A stretch of 60,797 nucleotides of DNA, the filler included, from Actinomycetota bacterium (GTDB lineage Bacteria > Actinomycetota > Actinomycetes > JAKEEW01), in the NCBI GenBank assembly GCA_046725875.1. It is 4 parts of 4 records of this genome, joined end to end, with 100 filler letters (N's around TTAATTAATTAA, not from the genome) between each part and the next. Parts side by side here need not be neighbours in the genome. Positions count along the whole stretch, not along the records: positions 1 to 28,199 come from JBKOZJ010000060.1; 3 more parts are not named here. One strand, written 5' to 3'. How positions within the stretch are numbered: position 1 is the first letter of the stretch; the number at the start of each line of letters is the position of its first letter. The position numbers and the translations under genes are program-made. Shown one piece after another: positions 9,511 to 20,262 of the stretch. Below the pieces are notes generated by a model. That model was not told the DNA's origin. It searched no databases and saw only the letters and a program-made list of their open reading frames with translations.

Positions 9511-10812
9511 GTGAACGAGCCCGAGAAGCTGTCTATCTCTACCGGCGCCGCGCTGACTATCGGTGCGGTGCTGGGCACCGGGGTGATCGCTCTCCCGGCG
9601 CTCGGGGCTCAGATCGCCGGGCCGGCTTCACTGCTCGCCTGGCTGGCTTTGATCGTCCTGTCGATCCCGCTGGCGACGACCTTCGCGGCGCTCGGTGCGC
9701 GCTACCCGTCCGCGGGCGGCGTCTCGACCTACGTGCGGGCCGCGTTCGGGCCGCGGATGGCGACCGTCGCCGGCTGGACCTTCTACTTCGCCGTCCCGGT
9801 AGGCGCGCCGGCCGCTGGCATGTTCGCGGGAGCCTATGTGGCGGCCGCGACCGGCGGGGGTGAGCGCGTAACGTGGATCACTGCGGTGGCCCTCATCGTC
9901 GTAATGGCCGCGGCGAACGCCGCTGGCCTGCGTGTTTCCGGGCGGGTTCAGCTGGGCATCGCGGCCGTCCTCGCCCTCCTTCTGGTGACCGCCACCGTCA
10001 CCGCGCTGCCACATGCGAAGCTCGCCAACCTCGAACCTTTCGCTCCGAACGGCTGGCAAGCAATCGGCCCAGCGGCGGCCGTGCTTGTTTGGGGCTTCGC
10101 GGGCTGGGAGGCGGTCACCTCCCTTGCCGCCGACTACCGCCGCCCGGCCCGCGACCTGCCCCGAGTCACCTGGATTGCGATCGCGGTCGTGAGCGTCCTC
10201 TACTTCACGGTCGCGGCAACTAGCATCCTGGTGCTCGGCCCGGCCGCGCCGCACAGCCCCGCTCCACTGGGCGACCTATTGGCAACCGGCGTCGGCGGGG
10301 AGGCCCGGGTGATCACGGCCGTCGCCGCCGTTTTGCTGACCGCCGGCGCCATGAACGCGTACTTCGCGGGAGCGGCAAAACTCGGCGCGGCGCTCAGCCG
10401 GGACGGCGCACTGCCCGGGTGGCTCGCAGTGACCGGGCGGGACGGCGTCCCCCGGCGCAGCCTCGGGCTGTTCACCGGTCTCGGTCTCGTCGCTGCAGTC
10501 GGTTTCGGTCTCGCCGGCACCGGCGCTCGGCCGTCCGCCCAGCTCGCGACCAGCGCCTTCATCCTGATCTACGTGCTCTGCATGGCGGCGGCCATCAAGC
10601 TGCTGCCGCGCGCATCCTGGCCACGCCGGGTGGCCACGGTCGCGTTCGTGGCGGTGGTCGTCCTGCTGGTCCAGGCGGGCTGGTACATCTTCTGGGCGCT
10701 TGCGGTCGCCGTCGCCGCGATCCTGTACGACAAGCAGCGGGACCGCGCCGTCCGAACGCTTCGCGGGCTTTCTGCGGCCGGGCAATGCCAGACTGGTGCA
10801 ACCGTACGATGA
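9511..10812 (+). CDS. APC-family amino acid permease/exporter (YjeH-like)
   Basis: GAVLGTGVIALPA, YPSAGGVSTYVRAAFG, WGFAGWEAV and many TM helices. Start is GTG 9511 or ATG 9496. Confidence 0.88.
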   Translation: MNEPEKLSISTGAALTIGAVLGTGVIALPALGAQIAGPASLLAWLALIVLSIPLATTFAALGARYPSAGGVSTYVRAAFGPRMATVAGWTFYFAVPVGAPAAGMFAGAYVAAATGGGERVTWITAVALIVVMAAANAAGLRVSGRVQLGIAAVLALLLVTATVTALPHAKLANLEPFAPNGWQAIGPAAAVLVWGFAGWEAVTSLAADYRRPARDLPRVTWIAIAVVSVLYFTVAATSILVLGPAAPHSPAPLGDLLATGVGGEARVITAVAAVLLTAGAMNAYFAGAAKLGAALSRDGALPGWLAVTGRDGVPRRSLGLFTGLGLVAAVGFGLAGTGARPSAQLATSAFILIYVLCMAAAIKLLPRASWPRRVATVAFVAVVVLLVQAGWYIFWALAVAVAAILYDKQRDRAVRTLRGLSAAGQCQTGATVR

Positions 10813-10834
10813 CGGCACCGAAACCGGCGACCAG

Positions 10835-12772
10835 CTACCTGACGGGAGTCAGTGGGAGGAGCTTACGGCCGGTCGGGCCCACCTGGATCTCGGTTCCCAT
10901 TTGGGGGCAGACGCCGCAGTCGAAGCAGGGGGTCCAGCGGCAGTCGTCGACCTCGACCTCGGCCTGCGCGTCCTGCCAATCCTCCCACAGCCAGTCCCGG
11001 TCGAGACCGGAGTCGAGGTGGTCCCACGGCAGAACCTCGGCGTAGTCGCGCTCGCGCAGGGTGAACCAGTCGACCGAGATCGGCTGGCCGTCCCAGACAT
11101 CTGCGGCCGCCGTTGTCCAGCGGTCATAGGAGAAGTGCTCGGACCAGCCGTCGAACCGTCCGCCGTACTCCCAGACGCGCCGGATCACCGCGCTCACCCG
11201 GCGGTCGCCCCGCGACAGCAACCCCTCTACGATGCCGGGCTCGCCGTCGTGGTAGCGGAAGCCGATCGCGCGGGAATATCTCCGGTCGAAGCGGATGGCG
11301 TCGCGCAGCTTCGCCAGCCGTGCGTTGGTCGACTCCGGGTCCAGCTGGCCAACCCACTGGAACGGGGTATGCGGCTTGGGGACAAAGCCGCCGATCGACA
11401 CTGTGCAGCGGATATCCCGGCTGCTGGTCACCTGCCGGCCGGCGTCGATGACCTTCTTCGCGAGATCGGCGATGGCAACGACGTCCGCGTCGGTCTCCGT
11501 CGGAAGGCCGCACATGAAGTAGAGCTTCACCTGCCGCCAGCCGTGCGAGTACGCGATCGTGACCGTTCGGATCAGGTCGTCCTCGGACACCATCTTGTTG
11601 ATCACGCGGCGCATCCGCTCGGTACCGCCTTCCGGGGCGAACGTGAGCCCGGACCGACGGCCGTTGCGGGACAGCTCGTTGGCCAGCGTGATGTTGAACG
11701 CGTCCACGCGGGTCGACGGCAGCGAGAGCGACGTGTTGGTGCCGTCGTAGCGATCGGCGAGCCCCTTGGCGACGTCGCCGATTTCGGAGTGATCCGCCGA
11801 AGACAGCGAAAGCAGGCCGATCTCCTCGAACCCGGTGCTCGCGAGTCCGCTCTCCACCATGTCGCCGATCGTCGTGACCGACCGCTCGCGCACCGGCCGG
11901 GTGATCATGCCGGCCTGGCAGAACCGGCAGCCGCGGGTGCAGCCGCGGAAGATCTCCACGGAGAACCGCTCGTGGACGGTTTCCGCGAGCGGGACCAGTG
12001 CCTTCTTGGGGTACGGCCACTTGTCGAGATCCATGACAGTGTGCTTGCTCACCCGCCACGGCACTCCTGACCGGTTGGGTGCGACTCGCTTGATCCGGCC
12101 GTCCGGCAGGTACTCGACGTCGTAGAACTTGGGCACGTAGACGCCGCCGGAGGCGGCCAGCCGGAAGAGCAGCTCGTCCCGCGGCGTGCGGTCCGCGGCA
12201 CCGGGCCGGCCCTCCGCCTTCCACTCCCGGATCACCGCACTGATCGCGAGCGCGACCTCCTCGCCGTCACCAAGGACGGCCGCGTCGATGAAGTCGGCGA
12301 TTGGCTCCGGGTTGAACGCTGCATGCCCGCCGGCGATCACTATCGGGTGGTCGCCGCGGTCGGCCGCGAGGACCGGGATCCCGGCCAGGTCAAGCGCCGT
12401 GAGCAGGTTCGTGTAACCGAGCTCGGTGGCGAAGCTGATGCCCAACACGTCGAAGGCGCCGACCGGTCGGTGCGTGTCCACAGTGAATTGCGGAATGCCA
12501 TGCTCACGGAGCAGCGCCTCCATGTCCGGCCATACCGAGTACGTGCGCTCGGCGAGGACGCCGTCCTCCTCGTTGAGGACCTCGTACAAGATCTGCACGC
12601 CCTGGTTGGGAAGCCCGACCTCATACGCGTCGGGGTACATGAGGCACCAGCGGACCGCAACGCTGTCCCAGTCCTTGACGGTCGAGTTCAGCTCGCCGCC
12701 GACGTACTGGATTGGCTTCTGCACGAGTGGGAGCAGCGGTTCCAGGCGAGGGAACAGCGACTCGACGGGCAT
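10835..12772 (-). CDS. B12-binding radical SAM protein (TIGR03960-like)
   Basis: KPIQYVGGELN, YPDAYEVGLPN, CxxxCxxC (GCTRGCRFC) and C-terminal CRWTPCFDCGVC. Confidence 0.93.
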   Translation of the reverse strand: MPVESLFPRLEPLLPLVQKPIQYVGGELNSTVKDWDSVAVRWCLMYPDAYEVGLPNQGVQILYEVLNEEDGVLAERTYSVWPDMEALLREHGIPQFTVDTHRPVGAFDVLGISFATELGYTNLLTALDLAGIPVLAADRGDHPIVIAGGHAAFNPEPIADFIDAAVLGDGEEVALAISAVIREWKAEGRPGAADRTPRDELLFRLAASGGVYVPKFYDVEYLPDGRIKRVAPNRSGVPWRVSKHTVMDLDKWPYPKKALVPLAETVHERFSVEIFRGCTRGCRFCQAGMITRPVRERSVTTIGDMVESGLASTGFEEIGLLSLSSADHSEIGDVAKGLADRYDGTNTSLSLPSTRVDAFNITLANELSRNGRRSGLTFAPEGGTERMRRVINKMVSEDDLIRTVTIAYSHGWRQVKLYFMCGLPTETDADVVAIADLAKKVIDAGRQVTSSRDIRCTVSIGGFVPKPHTPFQWVGQLDPESTNARLAKLRDAIRFDRRYSRAIGFRYHDGEPGIVEGLLSRGDRRVSAVIRRVWEYGGRFDGWSEHFSYDRWTTAAADVWDGQPISVDWFTLRERDYAEVLPWDHLDSGLDRDWLWEDWQDAQAEVEVDDCRWTPCFDCGVCPQMGTEIQVGPTGRKLLPLTPVR

Positions 12773-12869
12773 TGGAACGGTCTCCGATAAGGCTTCGGGA
12801 CTCCCGGTTTCCGTCTCGGGAGGACACTTCCGGCGGATGAACCAGAGTAACCCGACCGCCGGCCCTGCT

Positions 12870-12957
12870 GTTTGATCCGCCCAGCGGACGAAGCCCCGGC
12901 CTGGCGCGTGGTATTCGCGCCCCAAAGCACCTGCTCGGTGAGCTTGGCGGATCAAAC
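12870..12957. repeat. 88-bp palindromic REP/MITE-like element
   Basis: Perfect 12-bp terminal IR GTTTGATCCGCC (12870-12881)/GGCGGATCAAAC (12946-12957), with internal hairpin GGCGCG-N7-CGCGCC. Confidence 0.65.
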
Positions 12958-13006
12958 GGACCCGAAGCATGGCCCGGCCCCAGCCGCGCCTCGACCAGGG
13001 ATCCGC

Positions 13007-14011
13007 TCAGATCAGGAAGGTTGCGGTGCCGAGGACCACGCATTCGAGCGGCCGGTCGGCGACCGCGACGGGAAGCCCGGTGTTGTCGGACAAGCGCTCC
13101 GGTAGGCCCACCAGCAGCGCGCCCCCGCCGGTCAGCACGATTCCGCGGTCGACCAGGCGGCTTCCGAGCTCGGGCGGGCACCGGTCGAGCGTCGCTCGGA
13201 CGGCACTCAGGATCTCCAGCAGCGGCTCATCCATGGCGATCCGGACATCGGCGGTTCCCAGGCTGACCGTCCTGGGCAGGGCAGTACGGAGGTCGCGCCC
13301 GCGGACCCCGGTCTGCGCCTCGTGGCGCTTAGGCCAGGCCGACCCAGCGGCGATCTTGACCTGCTCGGCGGTGCCCTCGCTGATGAGCAGCTCGTGCTCG
13401 CGGCGGACCCACCTGCAGATCGCCTCGTCGAGGGCGAAGCCGCCGGCCGGCAGCGACGTTGCGGTGACGATCCCACCGTCAACGATCACCGCCACCTCGG
13501 TGGTGCCGCCGCCGATGTCGACGACGGCGCTCGGCACCGACTCCTCGACTGGCAGCCCGGCACCGATCGCGGCGGCGAGCGGCTCCTCGACGAGCTCGAC
13601 TTCGCCGGCGCCGGTCGCGTAGACGGAGTCGGCGACGGCCCGCCGGTCCACGCCGCTGACACTGCTTGGGACCGCGATGGCGACCCGGGCGCGCGAACCA
13701 ACCCGGCGCGGCGGGCACACTTGTTCGACGAAGGCGGTGAGCATCTGCTCGGCCGCCTCGATATCCGAGATCACGCCCGCGGCCAGCGGCCGAACGAGTG
13801 TGATCGGCTTCGTTCCCGGCTCCAAGGCCGCCGAGGCTGCCGTTCCGACGGCGACGGCCCGCCCGGTGTCGGTGTTGACGGCGGCGATCGATGGCTCGGA
13901 CAGGACGACACGTCCCGCCAAACTCACGTCGCCGCTGCCGTCGAGCTCGTAGATCAGGGTGTTCGCCGTGCCGAGATCGATGGCCAGGGCGGGTGCAGCA
14001 AAGCGGACCAT
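13007..14011 (-). CDS. mreB: MreB-like actin-family protein
   Basis: IDLGTANT, EEPLAAAIGAG, VVDIGGGTTEVAV and LTGGGALL motifs; directly downstream of ndk. Confidence 0.9.
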   Translation of the reverse strand: MVRFAAPALAIDLGTANTLIYELDGSGDVSLAGRVVLSEPSIAAVNTDTGRAVAVGTAASAALEPGTKPITLVRPLAAGVISDIEAAEQMLTAFVEQVCPPRRVGSRARVAIAVPSSVSGVDRRAVADSVYATGAGEVELVEEPLAAAIGAGLPVEESVPSAVVDIGGGTTEVAVIVDGGIVTATSLPAGGFALDEAICRWVRREHELLISEGTAEQVKIAAGSAWPKRHEAQTGVRGRDLRTALPRTVSLGTADVRIAMDEPLLEILSAVRATLDRCPPELGSRLVDRGIVLTGGGALLVGLPERLSDNTGLPVAVADRPLECVVLGTATFLI

Positions 14012-14042
14012 GCGGTGCGCGCTCTCACGTGACGCGGATGGT

Positions 14043-14453
14043 TTAGGTTCCCGGGAAGAAGATGTCGAGCTCACGTTTGGCGGACTCGAGCGAGTCGGAG
14101 GCGTGGACAAGATTCTCCCGGTTCGAGTTCGCCAGGTCGCCTCGGATGGTTCCCGCCGCCGCCTTTCGCGCGTCGGTCGCGCCGACGAGCAGCCGCGCCA
14201 CCTCTACCGCCTGCTCCCCCTCGATGACCATCGTGACCACCGGACCCGAAGTGATGAACACCCGAAGGTCGGCATACCAGTCCTTCTCGACATGCTCGGC
14301 GTAGTGCAGGTCGGCGGTTGCGGGGTCGATCTGCCGCATGGCCATCGCCACGATGCGCAGCCCCTTCCGCTCGAACCTCGACACGATCTCGCCCACCAGC
14401 CCGCGCCGCACACCGTCTGGTTTGACGAAGACGAGCGTCCTCTGAGTGATCAT
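14043..14453 (-). CDS. ndk: nucleoside diphosphate kinase
   Basis: RTLVFVKPDGVRRGLVGEI...GTIRGD...NLVHASDS. Confidence 0.97.
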   Translation of the reverse strand: MITQRTLVFVKPDGVRRGLVGEIVSRFERKGLRIVAMAMRQIDPATADLHYAEHVEKDWYADLRVFITSGPVVTMVIEGEQAVEVARLLVGATDARKAAAGTIRGDLANSNRENLVHASDSLESAKRELDIFFPGT

Positions 14454-14539
14454 GATTCTCACAATGCTGTTCGTTCGGCGTGCCGGGCAGCCTAGCGCTC
14501 CGGCCTGGCTGACGTCGGGCCGCTGCATCGACGCGCTGG

Positions 14540-14890
14540 TCACCGCTCGCGACGGACTGGCAGGTCCACGCCCTCCTCGATGTTCGCTGCCAGGCGGAGG
14601 GCGACGAGCCACAGGACCGCGAAGATGAGGCCGAGGATGTACATCGTTGACACCACCAGACCGGTCGCGACCAGCCCGACCTGCAGGGCCCAGCCGGCCC
14701 AGATCGCCCAGCGGTGCCGGAGCAGACCGCACAGCACGAGAGCGGCCAGCGCCCCAATACCGCCCACGACCGCAATCGCGGTCGCGTCGTCTGGGCGGAG
14801 CCGGCTGCCGACGAGAATAAAGAAGAAGAGCACTAGTGCCTCGCCGGCGAGCACTGTTGCGCCAAGGCGGCGTACCGCGGCGCCGGTCAT
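14540..14890 (-). CDS. small membrane protein (DUF4233-like)
   Basis: Hydrophobic 116 aa in the usual folC-X-ndk position; overlaps the folC stop. Confidence 0.8.
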   Translation of the reverse strand: MTGAAVRRLGATVLAGEALVLFFFILVGSRLRPDDATAIAVVGGIGALAALVLCGLLRHRWAIWAGWALQVGLVATGLVVSTMYILGLIFAVLWLVALRLAANIEEGVDLPVRRER

Positions 14891-16263
14891 TTCGCCGGCC
14901 CACTCGGGTCGCCAGCCTGGCTTGACGATCTTCTCAGCAGACGCCGAGCATCGCCGACCGTAATAACCGAGCCCGTCACGAGGACGCCGGCACCGGGGAG
15001 CTCACGGGACGACTCGGCAAGCCCGATCGCGGCGTCCAGCGCATCGGGCAGTACGGGGACGACGTCCACCCGGTCGATCCCGAATACACCAGCAGTGAGC
15101 TCTCCCAGCTCGGCAGCAGGCATCGACCGAGGCGACGAGTTCTGTGTCACGACGATCTCGGCGAGGATCGGCTCGAACGCCTCGAGCACGCCGACGATGT
15201 CTTTGTCCGCCATGATGGCAAGCACGCCGACCAACCGGGTGAACGAGAAGCCCTCGGTAATCGCGTCCGCGGTTGCTCGCGCACCGGCGGGGTTGTGAGC
15301 AGCGTCCACGACCACGGTGGGTGAGGTGCGTACGATCTCCAGCCGTCCCGGCGAGCTGGCGCGCGCGAAGCCCTCACGTACCAGGTCTCGGTCCAGCTCC
15401 CGGCCGCCGAGGACGGCCTCGACCGCAGCGAGCGCGCACGCCGCGTTCTGCGCCTGGTGTGCGCCGAACAACGGCAGGAAAATCTCGTCATAGTCGCCGG
15501 CAAGCCCGCGCAACGCCAGTTGCTGCCCACCCACGGCGACCTCGCGATGCAGGATGCCGAACTCGAGCCCCTCCCTGGCCACGGTCGCGCCGACGTCGGC
15601 CGCTTTGCGGACCAGGACTTCCGCGGCCGGGAGCTCCTGCTGCGCGAGGACGGCGATCGCACCCGGCTTGATTATTCCGGCCTTCTCGGTGGCGATCGTC
15701 TCGACGTCGTTGCCGAGATAACCGGCGTGGTCTACGGCGACCGGCGTGACCACGGCGACCTGGCCGTCGGTGACGTTGGTCGCGTCCCACTCTCCGCCCA
15801 TGCCCACTTCGACGACCGCTACCGCGACCGGGGCATCGGCGAACGCGGTGTACGCCATCCCAACGACTACCTCGAAGAACGACAGCGGTACCTCCGAGCG
15901 GGCGTCGACCACGTCGAGGTACGGCGCCACCTCGTCGAAGGTGGCGACGAACCGCTCGGGAGACAGCGGCTCCCCGTCCAGAGCTATCCGCTCGGTTACC
16001 GACTCGAGGTGGGGGCTGGTGAGCCGGCCGGTACGCAGGCCGAAGGTGAGCAGAAGCGACTCCGCAAGCCGAGTGGTCGTCGTCTTCCCGTTGGTGCCGG
16101 TCACGTGGATGACGGGATAACGCTGTTGCGGCTGGTCGAGCAGGTCGACGAGGGCACGCATCCGGTCCAGCGTCGGGTCAATACGCGACTCGGGCCACCG
16201 CTTCGCCAGCTCGCGCTCCACCCGAGCCAGATCGTCGGATCCTTCACCGAATCTCGCCGTCAC
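14887..16263 (-). CDS. folC: folylpolyglutamate synthase/dihydrofolate synthase
   Basis: IHVTGTNGKT, TSPHL, EVGMGGEWDATN, PGRLE, VDAAHNP. Confidence 0.96.
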   Translation of the reverse strand: MTARFGEGSDDLARVERELAKRWPESRIDPTLDRMRALVDLLDQPQQRYPVIHVTGTNGKTTTTRLAESLLLTFGLRTGRLTSPHLESVTERIALDGEPLSPERFVATFDEVAPYLDVVDARSEVPLSFFEVVVGMAYTAFADAPVAVAVVEVGMGGEWDATNVTDGQVAVVTPVAVDHAGYLGNDVETIATEKAGIIKPGAIAVLAQQELPAAEVLVRKAADVGATVAREGLEFGILHREVAVGGQQLALRGLAGDYDEIFLPLFGAHQAQNAACALAAVEAVLGGRELDRDLVREGFARASSPGRLEIVRTSPTVVVDAAHNPAGARATADAITEGFSFTRLVGVLAIMADKDIVGVLEAFEPILAEIVVTQNSSPRSMPAAELGELTAGVFGIDRVDVVPVLPDALDAAIGLAESSRELPGAGVLVTGSVITVGDARRLLRRSSSQAGDPSGPAK

Positions 16264-16369
16264 GGGCCAAGCCAATCACGCGGCAGCCTTCGGCAGAGGG
16301 TGCCCCCGGTCCAACTCACCCCGCATAGAAGGTGCCCTTGCTCCAACGGGTTTGGAACAGGGGTCCCGC

Positions 16370-19006
16370 CTACCGGGAAAGGGCCGCGAGTTGGGACTCG
16401 ATGCGGGCGATGTCCGCCTCCGCGGCGGCTGCCCGGTCCCGCATTCTGGCGACGACATGTTCGGGCGCCTTCGTCGCGAAGTCGGGATTCCCGAGCTTCG
16501 CGTGGGCGCTGTCGAGGGCCTTCCGGGCCGTTGCCAGATCGCGTTGCAGGCGGGCTCGTTCCGCCGCCACGTCGATGACGCCGTGCAGGTCGAGCTCGAT
16601 TCGAAGACCGCTGGTCGGCAGGTCGGCGGTCGATGCGAACTCCCGCACGGGCGGATCCAACCGAGCAAGGGAGCGGATATGCGGCTCGTGCTCCCCGAGA
16701 CCGCCCACGGCGGGTCCTTCGTACCCGATCCTTGCCGGCACCCGGTGTCCGGGCGCGAGCCCCTGCTCGGCCCGAAACCTGCGGATCTCGGTGACGACCT
16801 GCTGCACGGCGGCGATCCGGGTCTCGGCCTCCGGATCCAACAAGGCGGGATCGGCCTGCGGCCAGCGGGCGACCACCACAGAGCCGCCGCCGGTCAATGC
16901 CGTCCACAGCTCCTCGGTGACGAACGGCATGATCGGATGCAGCAGCCGCAACAGGCTGTCGAGCACGTACCCGAGCACCAGCCGGACGGGCTCCGCGGCC
17001 GCATCACCCTGGGCTAGCGGCGTCTTGGCCAGCTCGACATACCAGTCGCAGACCTCGTCCCAGACGAAGTGGTACAGCGCATCGGCCGCTTTGCCGATCT
17101 CGAAGCTCTCGTATAGGGCGTCCACTTGGGCGGTTACCGCGGCGAGTCGGGAGAGAATCCACCGGTCCGCGGTCGCGAGCGCAGTCGCCGGCGCCAGCTC
17201 TCCGACGTACGCACCGTTGAGCAGCGCGAACCGGGTGGCGTTCCATAGCTTGTTGCAGAAGTTCCGGCTGCCCTGCACCCACTCCTCACTGGTCGGAACG
17301 TCGGCGCCGGGGTTGGCGCCGCGGGCGAGGGTAAAACGGGTGGCATCCGCGCCGAAGCGGTCCATCCAGTCCAGCGGGTCCACGACGTTGCCCAGCGACT
17401 TGGACATCTTCCGGCCGAACTTGTCGCGCACCATCCCGTGCAAGGCGACGATGCGGAAAGGAACGCAGTCCTCCGGCCCGCGATCCTTCATCGCGTACAA
17501 CCCGAACATCATCATCCGGGCGACCCAGAAGAAGAGGATGTCGTACCCCGTGACCAGCACGGACGTCGGGTAAAAACGGGCGAGCTCGGGCATGTCGTCG
17601 GGCCAGCCGAGGGTGGAGAACGGCCAGAGCGCCGACGAAAACCACGTGTCCAGCACGTCGGGGTCCTGCGTCCAGCCCGCGCCGATCGGCGGTTGGTCGT
17701 CTGGACCGACGCAGACCGTCTCGCCATCGGGGCCGTACCAGACCGGGATGCGATGACCCCACCACAGCTGCCGGCTGATGCACCAGTCGTGCATGTTGTC
17801 GACCCAGGCGAAGTATCGCGACTCCATCTCCGGTGGCTGCAGCCGCACCCGGCCGTCCCGCACCGCGTCGCCGGCCGCCTTCGCGAGCGGCTCCACCCGG
17901 ACGAACCACTGCAGCGACAGCCGCGGCTCGACGGTCGTGTTGCAGCGCTGGCAGTGGCCGACAGCGTGCACGAAGGGCCGCTGCTCGGCGACGATCCGGC
18001 CCTCTTCACGGAGCGCCGCGATCACCGCGGGTCGCGCCTCAAAGCGGTCGAGCCCTTGGAACGGGCCATGTGCGGTAACGACGCCACGCTCGTCGAGCAC
18101 GGTGAGACTGGGCAGGCCGTGCCGGCGACCGATCTCGAAGTCGTTCGGGTCATGCGCGGGGGTCACCTTGACGGCCCCCGTCCCGAAGCTCGGGTCGACG
18201 TGCTCGTCGGCGACGACCGGGATGCGTCGGCCGGTGAGTGGCAGAAGGATCTCCCGACCGACGAGGTGCCGGTAGCGATCGTCGTCTGGGTGTACCGCGA
18301 CCGCGGTGTCGCCGAGCATCGTCTCCGACCGGGTGGTCGCGACGACGATCGAGTCCGCGCCGTCACCATAGCGGATTGAGGTCAGCTCACCCTCGTCGTC
18401 GGAGTGCTCGACCTCGATGTCCGAAAGCGCCGTCAGGCAGCGCGGACACCAGTTGATGATGCGCTCAGCGCGATAGATCAGCCGATCGTCGTACAATCGC
18501 TTGAAGATCGTGACGACCGACCGGGAGAGACCTTCGTCCATCGTGAACCGCTCGCGGGTCCAGTCGACCGAGTCGCCGAGCCGGCGCATCTGGCCGAGGA
18601 TCGCGCCGCCCGACTCGGCCTTCCACTGCCAGACCCGCTCGACGAACGCCTCGCGGCCGAGGTCCTGTCGGGATAGCCCCTGCTTGGCGAGCTCGCGTTC
18701 GACGACGTTCTGTGTCGCGATGCCAGCGTGATCCATGCCGGGCAGCCACAGCGACTCGTAGCCCTGCATCCGGCGCCGGCGGACCAGGATGTCCTGAACT
18801 GTGTGGTCAAGAGCGTGCCCGATGTGCAGGCTGCCGGTCACGTTGGGCGGCGGGATGACGATGGAGTAAGGCGGGCGGTCGCTCTTCGGATCCGCGCCGA
18901 AGTAACCGGCCCGCACCCAGCGGTCGTACAGCCGCCCCTCTACCTCAGCCGGCGCGTACTGTGGAGGGAGCTGGCGCGGCCGGTCGGGGCGTGTGGTGTC
19001 GGTCAC
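16370..19006 (-). CDS. valS: valine--tRNA ligase
   Basis: [33 protein letters not shown]. Start GTG 19006; the ORF-track extension overlaps the divergent GNAT. Confidence 0.97.
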   Translation of the reverse strand: MTDTTRPDRPRQLPPQYAPAEVEGRLYDRWVRAGYFGADPKSDRPPYSIVIPPPNVTGSLHIGHALDHTVQDILVRRRRMQGYESLWLPGMDHAGIATQNVVERELAKQGLSRQDLGREAFVERVWQWKAESGGAILGQMRRLGDSVDWTRERFTMDEGLSRSVVTIFKRLYDDRLIYRAERIINWCPRCLTALSDIEVEHSDDEGELTSIRYGDGADSIVVATTRSETMLGDTAVAVHPDDDRYRHLVGREILLPLTGRRIPVVADEHVDPSFGTGAVKVTPAHDPNDFEIGRRHGLPSLTVLDERGVVTAHGPFQGLDRFEARPAVIAALREEGRIVAEQRPFVHAVGHCQRCNTTVEPRLSLQWFVRVEPLAKAAGDAVRDGRVRLQPPEMESRYFAWVDNMHDWCISRQLWWGHRIPVWYGPDGETVCVGPDDQPPIGAGWTQDPDVLDTWFSSALWPFSTLGWPDDMPELARFYPTSVLVTGYDILFFWVARMMMFGLYAMKDRGPEDCVPFRIVALHGMVRDKFGRKMSKSLGNVVDPLDWMDRFGADATRFTLARGANPGADVPTSEEWVQGSRNFCNKLWNATRFALLNGAYVGELAPATALATADRWILSRLAAVTAQVDALYESFEIGKAADALYHFVWDEVCDWYVELAKTPLAQGDAAAEPVRLVLGYVLDSLLRLLHPIMPFVTEELWTALTGGGSVVVARWPQADPALLDPEAETRIAAVQQVVTEIRRFRAEQGLAPGHRVPARIGYEGPAVGGLGEHEPHIRSLARLDPPVREFASTADLPTSGLRIELDLHGVIDVAAERARLQRDLATARKALDSAHAKLGNPDFATKAPEHVVARMRDRAAAAEADIARIESQLAALSR

Positions 19007-19088
19007 GGCGTGCAAGTCTACGAACTGCTGTAATCCTCCCTGGCCGAAACCCAATTGCGTGAACGTTCGCCAAGGGCCAGGGTTGACC

Positions 19089-19949
19089 ATGAGGTTTGTC
19101 CTCGAGCCGGATGCTGATGGGTTCGCTGCGCCCGACCGCGGGCTCTCGTGGATCGAGGGCGACGCCGTCCTCAACACGCTGCCCGCGACGATCGCCCGGT
19201 CGCGGCTGGCCGGACTGAACGCTGGGGACACCGGTCCGCCCTTGTGGATCACGGTTGAGTCTGGCCCCGGCAAGGTGATCGGCGCGGCCGTCCGCACTCC
19301 GCCGCGTGCCTTCGTCCTCCCCGCGGTGGATCCACCGGTTGCCGCGGCTTTGGCCGACTTCGTCGCCGGCGCCGGACTCACGAGGGACCTGCCGGGCGTC
19401 AACGGTCCGGTGGGGCCGGCGGCAGCGTTCGCCGACCGGTGGTCGGAGCTCACCGGGTGCGGAGTGAGCACCGAGACGAACATGCGCCTCTATCGGCTGG
19501 ACCACCTGAAGCCACCGGATGGGGTTCCCGGCCGCTGGCGGATGGCCACGCGCGACGACTTCGACCTGTGTATGAAGTGGTTCATCGACTTCCAGGTCGA
19601 CGCCCACCTGGATCCGCGAGGCGCTCGGCCACCGGAGCCGGACGATGTGATGGCGCGCATCGACGACGCCCGGATGGGCCTTTGGGAGCTGGCGGCCGTG
19701 CCCGTGTCGCTGGCCGGCTGGACCCTCCCCGCCGCAGGCGTGGTCCGGGTCGGCCCTGTCTTTACACCCCGGGAGCATCGCCGGCACGGCTACGGTGCGG
19801 CCGCCACGGCGGCCGCGACCGCCGACATCGTGGCGCAAGGCGCCCGGGCCTGCCTCTTTACCGACCTCGCGAACCCGACGTCGAACTCGATCTACCAGAA
19901 GATCGGCTACCGTCCGGTCGCCGACTTCGTCGAGCTCGTCTTCCACTAG
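19089..19949 (+). CDS. GNAT family acetyltransferase (FR47-like C-terminal domain)
   Basis: [18 protein letters not shown] and [19 protein letters not shown]. Confidence 0.88.
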   Translation: MRFVLEPDADGFAAPDRGLSWIEGDAVLNTLPATIARSRLAGLNAGDTGPPLWITVESGPGKVIGAAVRTPPRAFVLPAVDPPVAAALADFVAGAGLTRDLPGVNGPVGPAAAFADRWSELTGCGVSTETNMRLYRLDHLKPPDGVPGRWRMATRDDFDLCMKWFIDFQVDAHLDPRGARPPEPDDVMARIDDARMGLWELAAVPVSLAGWTLPAAGVVRVGPVFTPREHRRHGYGAAATAAATADIVAQGARACLFTDLANPTSNSIYQKIGYRPVADFVELVFH

Positions 19950-20262
19950 CGCCACGCCATGACGTGCCCACTCGAACCCTCTCTGCTTCGCAGCTCTAGG
20001 CCGCCGAGCACCGCTTTACGTCCAGTAGGGAAATTCTCCGCCCGATTTGTCCGGCTTTTGTCCTGCTACCGGTCGTAAAGCACTTCTTGCTCGGTCGAGG
20101 GATAAATCGGTTGCCGTTCGCGCCGGTGATCTGTTGCAGTAGTGGGGGGCCCACATGGTAGTCAGATCGAGGGCCCAGGATCGAGCGAAGGAGCCGGGAT
20201 GCGCGCTGCGTCCATGTCCATCACGTACGGAATCTCCACCTATCCAGAGGACATGACGCTCC

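Noticed and set aside
16276..16369. Imperfect hairpin and short GGTGCCC repeats between valS and folC
   Set aside because: Too short and degenerate to call without genome-wide copy data.
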